From Chrysemys picta bellii (Eukaryota), in contig NC_088799.1 of the NCBI RefSeq assembly GCF_011386835.1, forward strand, positions 24,180,001 to 24,244,000: a stretch of DNA of 64,000 bases. The letters run 5' to 3'. The number at the start of each line of letters is the position of its first letter. Within the stretch, counting starts at the first letter, position 1. Shown piece after piece: positions 26,688-38,466 of the stretch. The notes beneath the pieces are model-generated. The model was not told where the DNA came from, did no database searches, and saw nothing but the letters and a program-made list of their open reading frames with translations. Both the position numbers and the translations under genes were made by a program.

Positions 26688-27091
26688 CAGGGCCGGTGCT
26701 ACCATTAAGGCAAACTAGGCGGTTGCCTACGGCGCCAAGATTTGGGGGCGCCAAAAAGCGGTGCCCCCAATTTTTTTTTTACAGCGTTCCTGGGCTGGGC
26801 TGCCGGCAGCGCGCTGATACATGTGGCTCAGACTACCTCTCCCAGCACAGCGGCCGCTCCACTTCTCCCGCCTCCCAGGCTTGCGGCGCCAATCAGCTGT
26901 TTGGCGCCGCAAGCCTGGGAGGGGAGGAGAATTAGAGCGGGGGCGGCATGCTTGGGGAGGAGGCGGAGCAGAGGTGAGCTGGGGTTGGGAGCTGCTGCGG
27001 GGGAGGGCACCTCAGGGCTGGGGGGGGGGGTGGCGCGCAAGGTGGAAGTTTCGCCTAGGGCGTGAAACTTCCTTGCACCGGACCGGCCCTG
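26688..27091. mobile_element. Young CpG-rich hAT MITE upstream of TIPARP
   Basis: TIRs cagggccggt / accggccctg; perfect 8-bp TSD cctatggt (26680-26687, 27092-27099). Confidence 0.9.
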
Positions 27092-27478
27092 CCTATGGTG
27101 AGATGGACATTTGCTAACAAGCATTATTAGTCTATGCAAAGCAAGTCGAATATGCTTAAAAGTTTAGTAGTAATGAGGTAATTTAACAACACACAATAAA
27201 GAGATAATAGAAATCCTTGAGCATTTGATTTGTTACTGTTGGTTTTACAAATAATTTTAGATATAAAGGCCCCATCCTGTATTCCCTGTACACCACAAAT
27301 TCCCACTGTAGCCAATGGGAGCTTAGGGTTTGCAAAGAATGTAGGATTAGGTCCCCAAATAGCTATTTATATGTGAATAAAATATGTGCTTAGATGTATA
27401 TGTGTGTGTGAGAGAGATGGAAACTGCTCTCTTAAAACTAAATAAATGTAACATGACCTCAGTCCTCATGGTTTAGGA

Positions 27479-27874
27479 CAGTGGCTCTCAACCTTTCCAG
27501 ACAACTATGCTCCTTTCAGGAGTCTGATTGGTCTTGCATACCCCCAAGTTTCACCTCACTTAAAAACTACTTGCTTACAAAAATCAGACATAAAAATACA
27601 AAAGTGTCACAGCACACGATGACTGAAAATTGCTGACTTTCTCATTTTTACCACATAATTATAAAATAAATCAATTGGAATATAAATATTGTACTTACAT
27701 TTCAGTGTATAGTATATAGAGTGGTATAAACAAATCATTGTCTGTATTAAATTTGAGTTTGTACTGACTTCGCTAGTGTAGAGTAGCTTGTTGTAAAACT
27801 AGGCAATATCTAGATGAGTTGATGTACCCCCAGGAAGACCTCTGTGTGAGCATGCCTCTGATTGATAACCACTG
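27479..27874. mobile_element. hAT-Charlie-like MITE
   Basis: TIRs cagtggctctcaa / ttgataaccactg; perfect 8-bp TSD gtttagga with central TA (27471-27478, 27875-27882). Confidence 0.88.
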
Positions 27875-30148
27875 GTTTAGGAGACAAAAACCCATGGATG
27901 AAATCCTGGGCCCCAATGAAGTCAATGGCAAAATTCCCATTGACTTCAGTGGGGCCAGGATTTCACACCATGGATGATCAGATCAAATATAAGGGCCCTG
28001 CAATGAGCCACATGTGGATGGACTCATGTCTGTGTGGAGCCCCTGTGAAGTCAATGAGGGCAGATCAATGTGGGCAGATCTCTGTACCAGGCAGAGACCC
28101 TTTTACTGTAATGGAGCACCATGTGGCACAGGCATGGGCCTGCACTGAGCTCATTGAAGAATTGGGGCTAAAGCCATTAATTAATGCTTGTACAGCATTT
28201 TAAAGAGGAAAACATTATAGAAGTACTATTACTATAATATACAATAAATTTGTTTTTTTTCTGCATTTTTCGTGGGATATCTTTATCTCGTATATTTTAT
28301 ATATGGTTTTGTAAATAATATGTTTCTAATTTTGCTTTTGTGCAGCAGCAGTTACCATGCTGTCATTTTTGTTGCTATACTTTGTGCATGTGCCAGAACA
28401 TGACGGATTAGTTCAATATGCTGGTGCCATTGGTTGAGATGTTTCTATGGTGAGTCATATACATATATTTGATTAGTGGGTTTCAGCAGAAGGCCTGGCT
28501 ATGTGTCCATCAACTTTAAGGGACTTAATAGCACCAGAATTCCATTTACCTGGGGGGTAATTAACTCCCCAGAGATAGTGAATTATAATGAGGTAAGTAA
28601 TACAACATACAAGTCATTGTAGTGTAATTAATATTTTTTTTTAGACAAGGGCTCAATCCTTCACTCCTTGTGCACCCAGATGCCTAGTTACTTTAGTGAG
28701 AGTTCTGGACGCAGAGGAAAATGCAGGATTGGGCCCCAAAATTATATAGGTGATTTTTAGATTAAATAACTAACCTCAGACTGTAATTTGAAAATGTATT
28801 TTAAATGCAGAGAGAAAAACTATTCTGTGTCATTGCTATATTAAAACTAAGAGATTTCTCTTCATGAGCTGGGGGCTGACTTCATTTGAGAATAGCATAT
28901 TAAAGAGTGGATTATAAGGGTATCCCATCTGTAGCAAAAATGAAACACAAATCTTCACTATAATTATTATTACATGTTTATGGAGCGCTGAGTGTCCAAA
29001 ATATTACACAGGATCAAGCCTTTAGTCTTTGTAACTACACTATACTTTGACTAACAAAACAAGAGCTTTACAACGTGCAGGCAATGAGAATATGGAACAT
29101 GCTGCCATGTCTGCAATTATGTCAGACTGAACTAACTACACAGCTCAGTTTATTTTTCAAAAACTACCAACACAGAAATTATCTAATTGGTTTGGAACAG
29201 CATATTTTATATGTAAGCTATAAAGAACACATACGGTCAAACTCTGTACTTAGAGAAGCATGCACAATTCCCATTCATTTCAGTGGGGTTGACAGAGTGT
29301 AACTCAGGTAAGAATTTGGCCCAGAATATCTGTCTTTCTGTAGATAGACACATAATTTAAGGAGATACAGCCTGGCACAGTGCAGGATCACACAGCACTT
29401 TCTGAGGCTACACAGCATACAAAGAGAAACCCTGACCACCATGAAGATATGATCTCATTTCTATTTACATGTTTCCAGCCCTTGGCAATAGCAAGTGTGT
29501 TTTAATTAATTCTTTCAAATGGTAAAATGCATCAGAGTGCTGTAATTAACGATTTTGACATCCAAGTAATGGAATACTCAAGATGTGCACTTCATTTCTA
29601 TACTGGAGTCAGAGAGGAAACTTCTCAGCTTTAGCCTCAAATGTTCCAATTTAAAAAAATAATAAAAAAAGAAGGGTTCAGGCTCCAACATGCATCCTTC
29701 TGATAAAAATAAAATCTCCTTGACATTTGAATACTTGCAGAATGACGTGTATAATTTCCCAAAACACCACATTAAGCTGATCTTACTGCCATGGAGGGAA
29801 GCTAAAGTGGGTGCAACTTGGGAGAATGTTGCAGAAGGAGAAGGGGGAGCAGCAGATGTGCTGCTTGCTTCCTTCCCTCTTATGGCCCTCTGAAATTCAA
29901 ATCTACACAACTGGGACTCTGTAGATCTGGGCGTGGTGAAGAAGGGTGAGTCAGGAGCCAAGAAAGAATCACTTTGTGGCATGCTTCTATCCTAACTCAA
30001 TTTACTTCTACTGGCTATCCCAGCAAAAGAGAATGCTCATTATTTCTTTTCCATGGCTTCTACCCCAGCCTACAAGATGAATGGTAGGTACAACCAATGG
30101 CAGCAAGGCTCACAATGGCAGCAAGGCTCACAAAAGACCCCTCCTGCC

Positions 30149-30795
30149 TAGGGTTGCCAGGTGTCCGGTTTTCGACCGGAACGTCCGGTCGAAAAGGGGA
30201 CCTGACAGTGTCCAGTCCGAACTACTGACCGGACACCAAAAGTCCAGTTACCTCAGTAACCAATCACAATTGGCTTCCGTTTTGCTGCTGGGAGAGCAGG
30301 AAGAGCAGCTGCTGCTGGAGCTGGAGGAGCACTCAGGAACTTCCTTGTTCTGCTAGAAAGAGGTGCCGGTGGCTGGCACCTGGGGGAGGGATCCTTGAAG
30401 GGCAGGACGTTTGAGGATCAATACCGGTGGCTGGGCTCACTGCCAGGGTCACCTTCTTAGCCTCCTTTGTGCCCCACCTCTGGTGTGCTGCCCCAGTCAT
30501 CCCTTCACCCCCAAAGCGTGGCACTCCCTCCCCTGTCCTGCCCCAGTCACACACCTCCACGCAGCTCTCCCTCCCTGATCCTGCCCCAGTCACCCCTCTA
30601 CCGCTCAGCTGGCAGGGGGAAGGAGGTGGAGAGAGCAGCAAATGATGAGAGGTGGGTAGGGGAAGAGGAGTGGGGAGTCCTCGAGGGAAGAGGTGGAGCA
30701 GGGGTGAGGCATTGGGGGAAAAGGTGGGGCAGAGGGTAGGGGAGCTTCTGGCACTCAGTGTCTGGTTTTCACAAATTAGAAAGTTGGCCATCTTA
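30149..30795. mobile_element. hAT MITE (tagggttgcca family)
   Basis: Left TIR tagggttgccag; degenerate right TIR aagttggccatctta; TSD ctcctgcc / ttcctgcc. Confidence 0.8.
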
Positions 30796-33321
30796 TTCCT
30801 GCCATGGAGGCCCTACAATAAAAAAAGTCTGATTAATCACATGGATGGTGGGGGCATGTATGTGTTCTGTCTGTGTGTGTTCTCAGGATCCACAGAGCTT
30901 GCAAGCCACTTCTTTCACCTCACTCTGCAATCCCGTCCACTTGCTCTGGATGCTGCAGAAGAAACTATGAGAGGAGACGCTCAGGTTTTTTCCTCCTCCT
31001 ATTGCTTTTCAGGGGAAACAGAGTTGTCCTAGAGAATTTGAAGATACAGCAACTTTTTGAGCTACATGCTCCTACTTGTAATAAAAAGGTGCAAAAAGGG
31101 CTAAAATTCCCAGAACATGACTATCAAACTGAGCTGTGTTACTAAATAGGTATTGTGCCATCAAGTCAGGTAGAAACAATGTTAGTAATAACCAGCAGTG
31201 GGTGGCGCCAGAAACATCTACTAAAAAGATTAAAAACCCATAGCTAAACTTTTGGGGATGCTATGTAGCAGGGCTCTACTACAGGAGCTGTTGGGCAGAA
31301 ACTGCAGCAAGGGGCCATGCCATATGAAAACATACAGCAAACTTTTCTAAATCCCTTGCTGTCTGCGATCAGTTTCTTTCCCCTCACTTCACACACCATT
31401 TACAGATGGTCTCTATATGCTTAGACACCCTCAGAAACATTTATCTTTGGCCACACCAAGGTGCAAGATTTTTGCTAACAGCAAGTTAAGTCAAAGCAGC
31501 ATTAACTTATCAGATTTCTTCAGTGATTTAGGGCATGATCTTTTAAGTGTATAGGAGATTTGACAATTACTTTTAGAGGAGCAAGACAGGATCCTTTCTT
31601 TATTTTTCCAGAGCTAACACTCTGGATTTGTCCCACCCACTCCAAGACTTCTTCAGATTATGCCTTCTTTCTGAAGTTGTTAGATCTTTTCCAGATTGTC
31701 CACGATTTTGTATGTCAGAATACTACATAGGAGATTTTAGTTTATGCAGAGAACTTGGAGGCAGGCTTCACAGCATGTTACTATACTTTCCAGGGCACAA
31801 GCCATGGAAGCATATGGCCCTAAGTTTTTAAACACATTTTTTACTGACTTCTTAATAATTAGGAAAACAAGTTAGTGAAGCGAAAAATACTTTCATCTTT
31901 TAAGATACTTTTCCCAACTGCATTATCTAGTTTAGTCATTTGCCTGAAACTTTATGTGTTTACATTTTCATTTTTTCAAATATGGGACCGGTGAACTTTG
32001 AAACCACTGAAAAGAAAAGGCTCTGAATGAAGGTCTTGTTTAGCACATATCTCTGTACAGCACCTGAGCCGGTCCCTTCAGATAAAGGTGTTGCAAGGTC
32101 AGCATGCAAACCAGTTTGTACAGTAAGAAGGCTATGTTCCTTTGTGAAATTACAGTGTGATCATGAGTGAGTGCAACACCTTTATTATTTTAAGAGCTTA
32201 GCTACTACGAACAGAAGCTCAGTGGCTAACACCCATACTAAGAAAGCCCAAATAATACTGAAGTTAATATAGAAAAGTAGTTTTAGGTTACTTGTAAAAC
32301 TTGGACTCACCTGGTGCTTTTCAGCTGAGGATCTTAAAGCATTTTACAAAGGTCAAGCTTCACAATATCTTTTGAGGTACTTATTGTTCCCACTTTGTAT
32401 TTTATAGATTGGAAATATAGGTTAAGTGATCTCTCGAGTTTATACAACAAGTCAATAGAAGAATCAAGAATACAGCTCAAGGATGGGATCTTGTCTCAAA
32501 TGAAGGCAATGACAAGATTCCCAATAACTTTAATAGGGCCAGAATTTCACACAAGGATTCCTGTATCATTTTATTGATCTAACCGCCATATCATATTTTT
32601 CATTTACTGTATATAGTAATTTTCACAACTAGCTCTACAAGTGCTTTAAAAAATGGGAAAGTATCATTATTGTTGTAAAGCGCTTTGAGATCTACTGAGC
32701 CAAAATGCTATCTAAATATAAATATTATTAATATTACACAATTTAAATGGTCTGCTGTATATTTTTACCAGAAAGAGAAAATGAACACAGAGCAGTGACT
32801 CACCCAAGGTCAAACAGCAAACCACTGACAATGGGAATGGAAACTAGGTCTCCTGACTCCCAAGTCTACTGCCCTTTCATCGTTGTAAAGGATTCTGTAG
32901 AATTGCCTTTTTTCTTTGCTGTGTAGCAGCTCTTATGAAAAGGTGGTAGAAAGTGAGAGAAAGGAATGGATAAACTTCCTGTTCTCTTTAATTAAACTGC
33001 TGAGTAGCTACTAATTATTTATTTACAGTAAGAGGTGTAGCGTACAAAGCCATAATTACTTTAATATTTTATCAAAACTCTCCTGTCAGCATTTCACATC
33101 CATTAAATATAATTTGCTAATGTTTAAAAGCTTTGGATAAATGAGATGTAAATACATTGTGCAGAAGCCAAGGAGTGAAGCTAACTATCCAAGGAAATAA
33201 TTCATCTATACAAACTAATATTTATTAACAAGCTGTCACTCTGTATAAAGTAATCAAATAGATGGTATCTTTTGAGGCCTGTGCTTAATGGCCTCAAAAG
33301 GTACCATCTCATTAACCTCTG

Positions 33322-33574
33322 AGGATAGGACAAGAAGCAATGGACTTAAATTGCAGCAAGGGCAGCTTAGGTTGGATATCCTAACTGCCAGGATATTTAA
33401 GCACTGGAATAAATTGCCTAGGGAGGTTGTGGAATGTCTGTCATTGGAGATTTTTAAGAACAGGTTAGACAAACACCTGTTAGGGATGCTCAAAATAATA
33501 CTTAGTCCTGCCTTGAGTGCAGGGGACTGGACTAGATGACCTCTCGAGGTCCCTTCCAGTCCTACAATTTTATG
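33322..33574 (+). mobile_element. 5'-truncated CR1 LINE 3' end
   Basis: aggacaagaagcaatggacttaaattgcagcaaggg...cactggaataaattgcctagggaggttgtggaa...ggactagatgacctctcgaggtcccttccagtcct, the CR1 ORF2 end and 3' UTR. Confidence 0.9.
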
Positions 33575-34710
33575 TTTCTAAATGCTAATATTAACCCCAG
33601 TAATAATATGAATGCCCCAGCCCTGTTCTGATACGGACATGTGCCAGCAAGTCAGGTTATATACATTCCAAGAGAAAAGGAATGTTAATTATGCAGACAC
33701 TAAACAAGTTAACAACTGGAAAATGAAACTCTGAGATATCTCAGTTCATAATGTCAGTGAGAGGTGCTGAATCTGGTAGATGATCTAGTTTTTGGGACTC
33801 TAATTTATTTGGGTCCATTTTTAGTGCAAAATACTTCATAGTCTGGGTTTTGTAATATTTAAAGATTGCCACTTTTAAAAAAAAGAAATTATAGCACTTT
33901 CTATAAATAAATAATGTGGACCTCTGGCAAACTCCAGTTCCTGGATGTCTATTTCCACCAGCCCTCTTTATCCTAGCCTTGATAATTGCAACCCTACAGG
34001 CTGTGATTTTAATTTTTGTTTTTCAAAAATCAAACGATGTGGCTGGAATGCTCACATGAGGGAAAGGAAATGAAGAAGATGAAGATCAGTTCTGAATGTA
34101 ATGGAGATCCGCAGGAGGAAGGCAGCAAAGGTTTGTGAACTAGGTCCAGGGCATTAGCTTTAGCTTTGGTGCCACCTAGTGGGCGAATCTTGACCTTCTC
34201 TACACTGATCATTTTCATAATTTTTCCCAATGTTGCTTTAGCCCCGGTGTAGCTGAAACTGCAAGGTCCAAACAGGATGAGGTGAGATTTTCAAAAGCTC
34301 TCAGCATTAGCCTAAAATTGTTTCTAAGTCTGCTTCCAATCTGAGTGCTTAGCATTGACCTACCTCTGCTCCTACTGGGAGCTGTGACAGAGTGAGAGTA
34401 GTCTAGGACAGGCTCACCACTCTGTATTTTGTAACCATCCCACTCCCTGCATGGGCCAAATTAGAGACAATTGATTAGGACTGGGTGATTAACCAGTTAA
34501 CAAGGGGATTCAGCTTACTAGCTGGGGACTGTTAAATGGGGGACAGGAAGGAAGGGCAAAGGAGACCAGGATCTCAGAGAGGTGAGACCTCTCATCTCCT
34601 GTGCCAAGGAGGTAGGCTGAAGCTTGGTAAAAGTCTTATGGTGATGGGACATGAAGCTGCATAAGACACAGTAAATAAAGTACACCATGATGAACTTACA
34701 TAACAGTATC

Positions 34711-34840
34711 AAGTATCAGAGGGGTAGCCGTGTTAGTCTGTATCCACAAAAGCAATGAGGAGTCTGGTGGCACCTTAAAGACTAACAGATTCATTTGGGT
34801 ATAAGCTTTCATGGGTAAAAAACCCGCTTCTTCAGGTGCC
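34711..34840 (-). mobile_element. Penelope-like terminal fragment with a minimal hammerhead motif
   Basis: aagtatcagaggggtagccgtgttagtctg terminus; minus strand reads gcac-CTGAAGA-agcgggttttttacccat-GAAA-gcttatac; TSD not evident. Confidence 0.8.
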
Positions 34841-36013
34841 TGGATGGACTCCTGTACAAGAGTCATTTACTTCAATGGCAGCAGAGTTAGGCCAACATTG
34901 AGTGCTTTTGAAAATGCTACCCCTATTAACGATATACCTGACAATACATAAAAAAGAAGTAATTACTTGCCCTACTTGTACCCCATTGCTGACTGATGCA
35001 GTCACAAATCTCATATAGTTCAGTAGTATCGTATATCTGATTAACACATGTTGTCTTTTGGGAGGACAGCAGTGTCCTACTGCAGCAATAGTTTTGAGCA
35101 GACACTTCTGTTAACCCATCAGACACACAGATTATTCGAATTTCTGGTACTATCCACGAGCAAGTCTACAATCAGAATCAAGTCTCAGACTAGTCTGTTT
35201 CCTTCTGTGCCACCTATTTGGTCTTCCTGTGTAAATGGAAAAAGTTGGCTAATTTAATTTGTATTTTTAAATTAAGAGTTCAGATGAATTAAAAATAAAT
35301 ACACGCGTATGATTATTTTTTTTTTTTGTATACAATATAAGCCTGATTTTCTTTTCATTTATACTGATGGACACCAAGAGCAATTCCAATGAAGTAAATG
35401 GAATTACCCCATCATAAAACCACAGTGAGTGAGAACCCTGTGGTATCTAGAGTTGTAGGAGCTCAGCCCTTGTGCTAGTATGTGACCACATCAAAAGTGT
35501 GTTTCCCCTTATGCATCATAAATTCCACATTACCATTGGTGCTCAAAATCTCGTATCAAGAATGTGACCCAGCTATGCATTTATTTTTAGCGAATAAGGT
35601 CTTGAATACTTAGTGAAACCACTGTATTACCCAAAATATACAGTGCACACAGATACAATATACATTTTCTGATCACTCTTTTCTGGCTTGCTCATAAGAA
35701 GTATCTGTGTGTGTAGTCTGATTCATTTGTGGGAATGTGGAATTAATGATTCAGACAGTCTCTACCCTGAAAATATTTAGCTGTTGATCTTTTTTTTTTT
35801 TACAGACAAATCTTGCTATTTTAGGGTTGCGGTCTGAGGACTGTGGGCCTTGAAGCACACTGGCCTATATATCTGCAAGATGATCCAATGTTTTCAATTT
35901 ATTAGTACAATGAAACGTACTGATTTTTGGAAATACGTAATTAATTTCTGTTGTAATTTAGATATCAATTCTGCCATGGGAGTTGGTCACCTGAAGAATG
36001 GCTCCAAATTCTG

Positions 36014-36686
36014 AAAAGTTTGCCCACCCCAGTACAGTGCAAAACTCAATCATCTCAACCATGTATTCTAATATAGGTCTAACAACATGGTATTTCATCA
36101 ATATGAGAGGGACCTTTAAATAAAATTCATGTCTACTCACCAAAAGAGAATTTATAAGGACTTTACTACACACAAAAATTGCACTAATTTATCTACATCA
36201 GTTTAGAAATTGGGTGGGCACTTTCTAAACCAATTTAAGAGTGTCCACACAAGGGGATTACACCCATTTCACTAAATCAGTGCAATCCCTTTGAGTGGAC
36301 ACTGTCAAATGCGTTTAAGAATGCCTTATATCCATTTAGCTGTATTCGTAAACTAAACCAATATAGGGCACACAAACCGATTTAGTTAAATCTGCACAAC
36401 TTTTGTGTTTAGACAAGGGCTAATTCTATGCTACATGTGACCTCTTTCTAATAGAAGGGTCCTATCACATGGTAAAAATGATTGTGTGGATGGCAGCCCC
36501 ATGTTTCCTTTCATGTAGGCTGGTGCCTATTTAAACTAAACTGAGTTGGAACATTCTTGGTTTTATAGTTCACTTTAATTTATGTCAAATAACACTAACT
36601 TAGAAACACTTCCAAGAATTTAAAGAACTAACCTGAGTAGGTGAGTTACTGTCTCACATATAAGTAACAGTCATTCACTAATCATA
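36014..36686. repeat. ~670-bp segment duplicated in inverted orientation at 55989-56011 plus 57318-57974
   Basis: Direct comparison shows about seven differences over ~670 bp. Confidence 0.95.
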
Positions 36687-36957
36687 GTTTCAGTGAATTC
36701 AAAAGTGGCCATCTGGAAGATGGCAGCACTGCAGTATATTGTGTCTGACAATGACTGCTAACACTTTTGTTACTATAGCAAATATTTAATAGAGCTTCAG
36801 TTGCTAAATCAGAGGCTGATTCTGAAAAGGCTCTGCATGAATATTCCTTTACACCTATGAGGCATTCCACCAAACTTTCGGATCCGACCCACCAGCCGTT
36901 TTAAGCCAGCCCTCGAGGTCCCGCTGGGGAGCGGAATCTGGGGCTTGACCAGCTGCA

Positions 36958-37175
36958 GTGCTCCAACCGGGGAGCAGGGTTGGGGGCTGCTCCAACTGGC
37001 TCCTGGAAGCCACAGCATGGCCCTGCTCCGGTGCTCCAACTGGGGAGCAGGGTTGGGGGCTGCTCAACGTGGCTCCTGGAAGCCACGGCATGGCCCCCTC
37101 TGGTGCTTCAGCCGGGGAGCAGGGTCACGGGTCGTTCCATGCGGCTCCCAGAAGCAGCAACATGGCCCCCCTCCA
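36958..37175. repeat. 72-73-bp minisatellite, ~3 copies, inside a GC-rich MITE-like sequence
   Basis: Units start gtgct(c/t)ca at 36958, 37031 and 37103. Confidence 0.8.
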
Positions 37176-37971
37176 CTCCTACCCACTCCAATGGCCCCCT
37201 CCGGCGCTCCAATGGGAGCTACAGGGGCAGTGCCTGTGGACAGGGCAGTGTGCAGAGCTGCCTGGCCGCATCTCCACGTAGGAGCCAGAGAAGGGACATG
37301 CCGCTACTTCCGGGAGCCACTTGAGGTAAGCGCTGCCCTCAGCCTGCACTCCTAAGCCTCTCCCCATGCTCCAACCCCCTGCCTCAGCCCCGATCCCCCT
37401 CCCACTCTCCAACCCCCTCGGTCCCAGCCCAGAGCACCCTCCTATACCCCAAACTCCTCATCCCCAGCCCCAGCCCCACCCCAGAAACAAATCTAGGACC
37501 TCATCCTGCCATCCTTATTCAGAACTGAGTAAAGTCCTTATTTGTCTGAGAAAACAATGCGGGGCCTCATTTTTGGTGTAAACTAATCTAGAAGGCACAA
37601 AGGGTAAATTTTCAGCAATATATGTTTGTGTAGGGATGAGGGGAAAAATTAATCACACACAAATCCTAAATTAGGGCCAAATTCTCTCCTTACTTAGGTC
37701 CAAGTTTAGCCCATTATTACATGAAGAGATGCCAGCTGCAAAGTCCAGATTTGGATTTAGATCTGAAGTTAACCAACGTTCAGTGGTGTTTGGGTCTCTA
37801 GTTTTGGTTCAGGACATTAATACAAGAGTCTCTGATAGAGGCAATCAGAACCAAAATGAGCGGAAATTCATCACTATCTGGGATTACATACAATTTTCCT
37901 CAAGAAAGGATGACAGAAAATGTCTGAAAGATAAAGGGTAATCTTTAGCTCAGGCTAATGGGGCTTATTAC

Positions 37972-38466
37972 GGTGTCTACACTGCAACTAAGACGTGTGA
38001 TTGCAGCACATGTCCACGCTAGCTTTGATCCAACTAAATCAAAGCTAGCTTCTCTCATAATAGCATTGTAGCTTTGGCAGCAGGGGCAGCAGCATAGGCT
38101 AGCTGTGAGAGTACATATTCAAGACCCTGGGCAGAGTTGTACTCAGGGGGCTAGTTCATGCCATTGGCCATGCTGCTGCGGCTACACTGCTATTGGTAGT
38201 CAAGCTAGCTGTGATCTAGATATGTCTACATGTGCTTCAAACACACCTCCCAATTGCAGTGTAGACATACCCAATGGGCATGTGTACACACTACAGACTG
38301 GAGCTCGGGCTCTGAAGCCCTGGAGAAAGTGAGGGGTGGGCTTGAGAACCCACACCACGTCAAAGCAGTCTACATGGCTATTTTTAGAGCACTAGCATGT
38401 GCCCTACTAGAACAAGTCTATAGACCTGGGCTTGGAGATTTTCTCCCAGATGCAGTGTAGACATGC
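37972..38466. mobile_element. Two adjacent palindromic gtctacact...agtgtagac MITEs
   Basis: ggtgtctacactgcaa ... cagtgtagacatacc (to ~38272), then gggcatgtgtacacact ... gcagtgtagacatgc. Confidence 0.55.

Noticed and set aside
11740-29320. Many short cccattgaagtcaatggg-type palindromes
   Set aside because: Highly repeated degenerate MITE-like relics; boundaries cannot be supported individually.
30095-30133. 18-bp tandem duplication (also a 27-bp one at ~58722-58777)
   Set aside because: Ordinary slippage duplications with no further structure.
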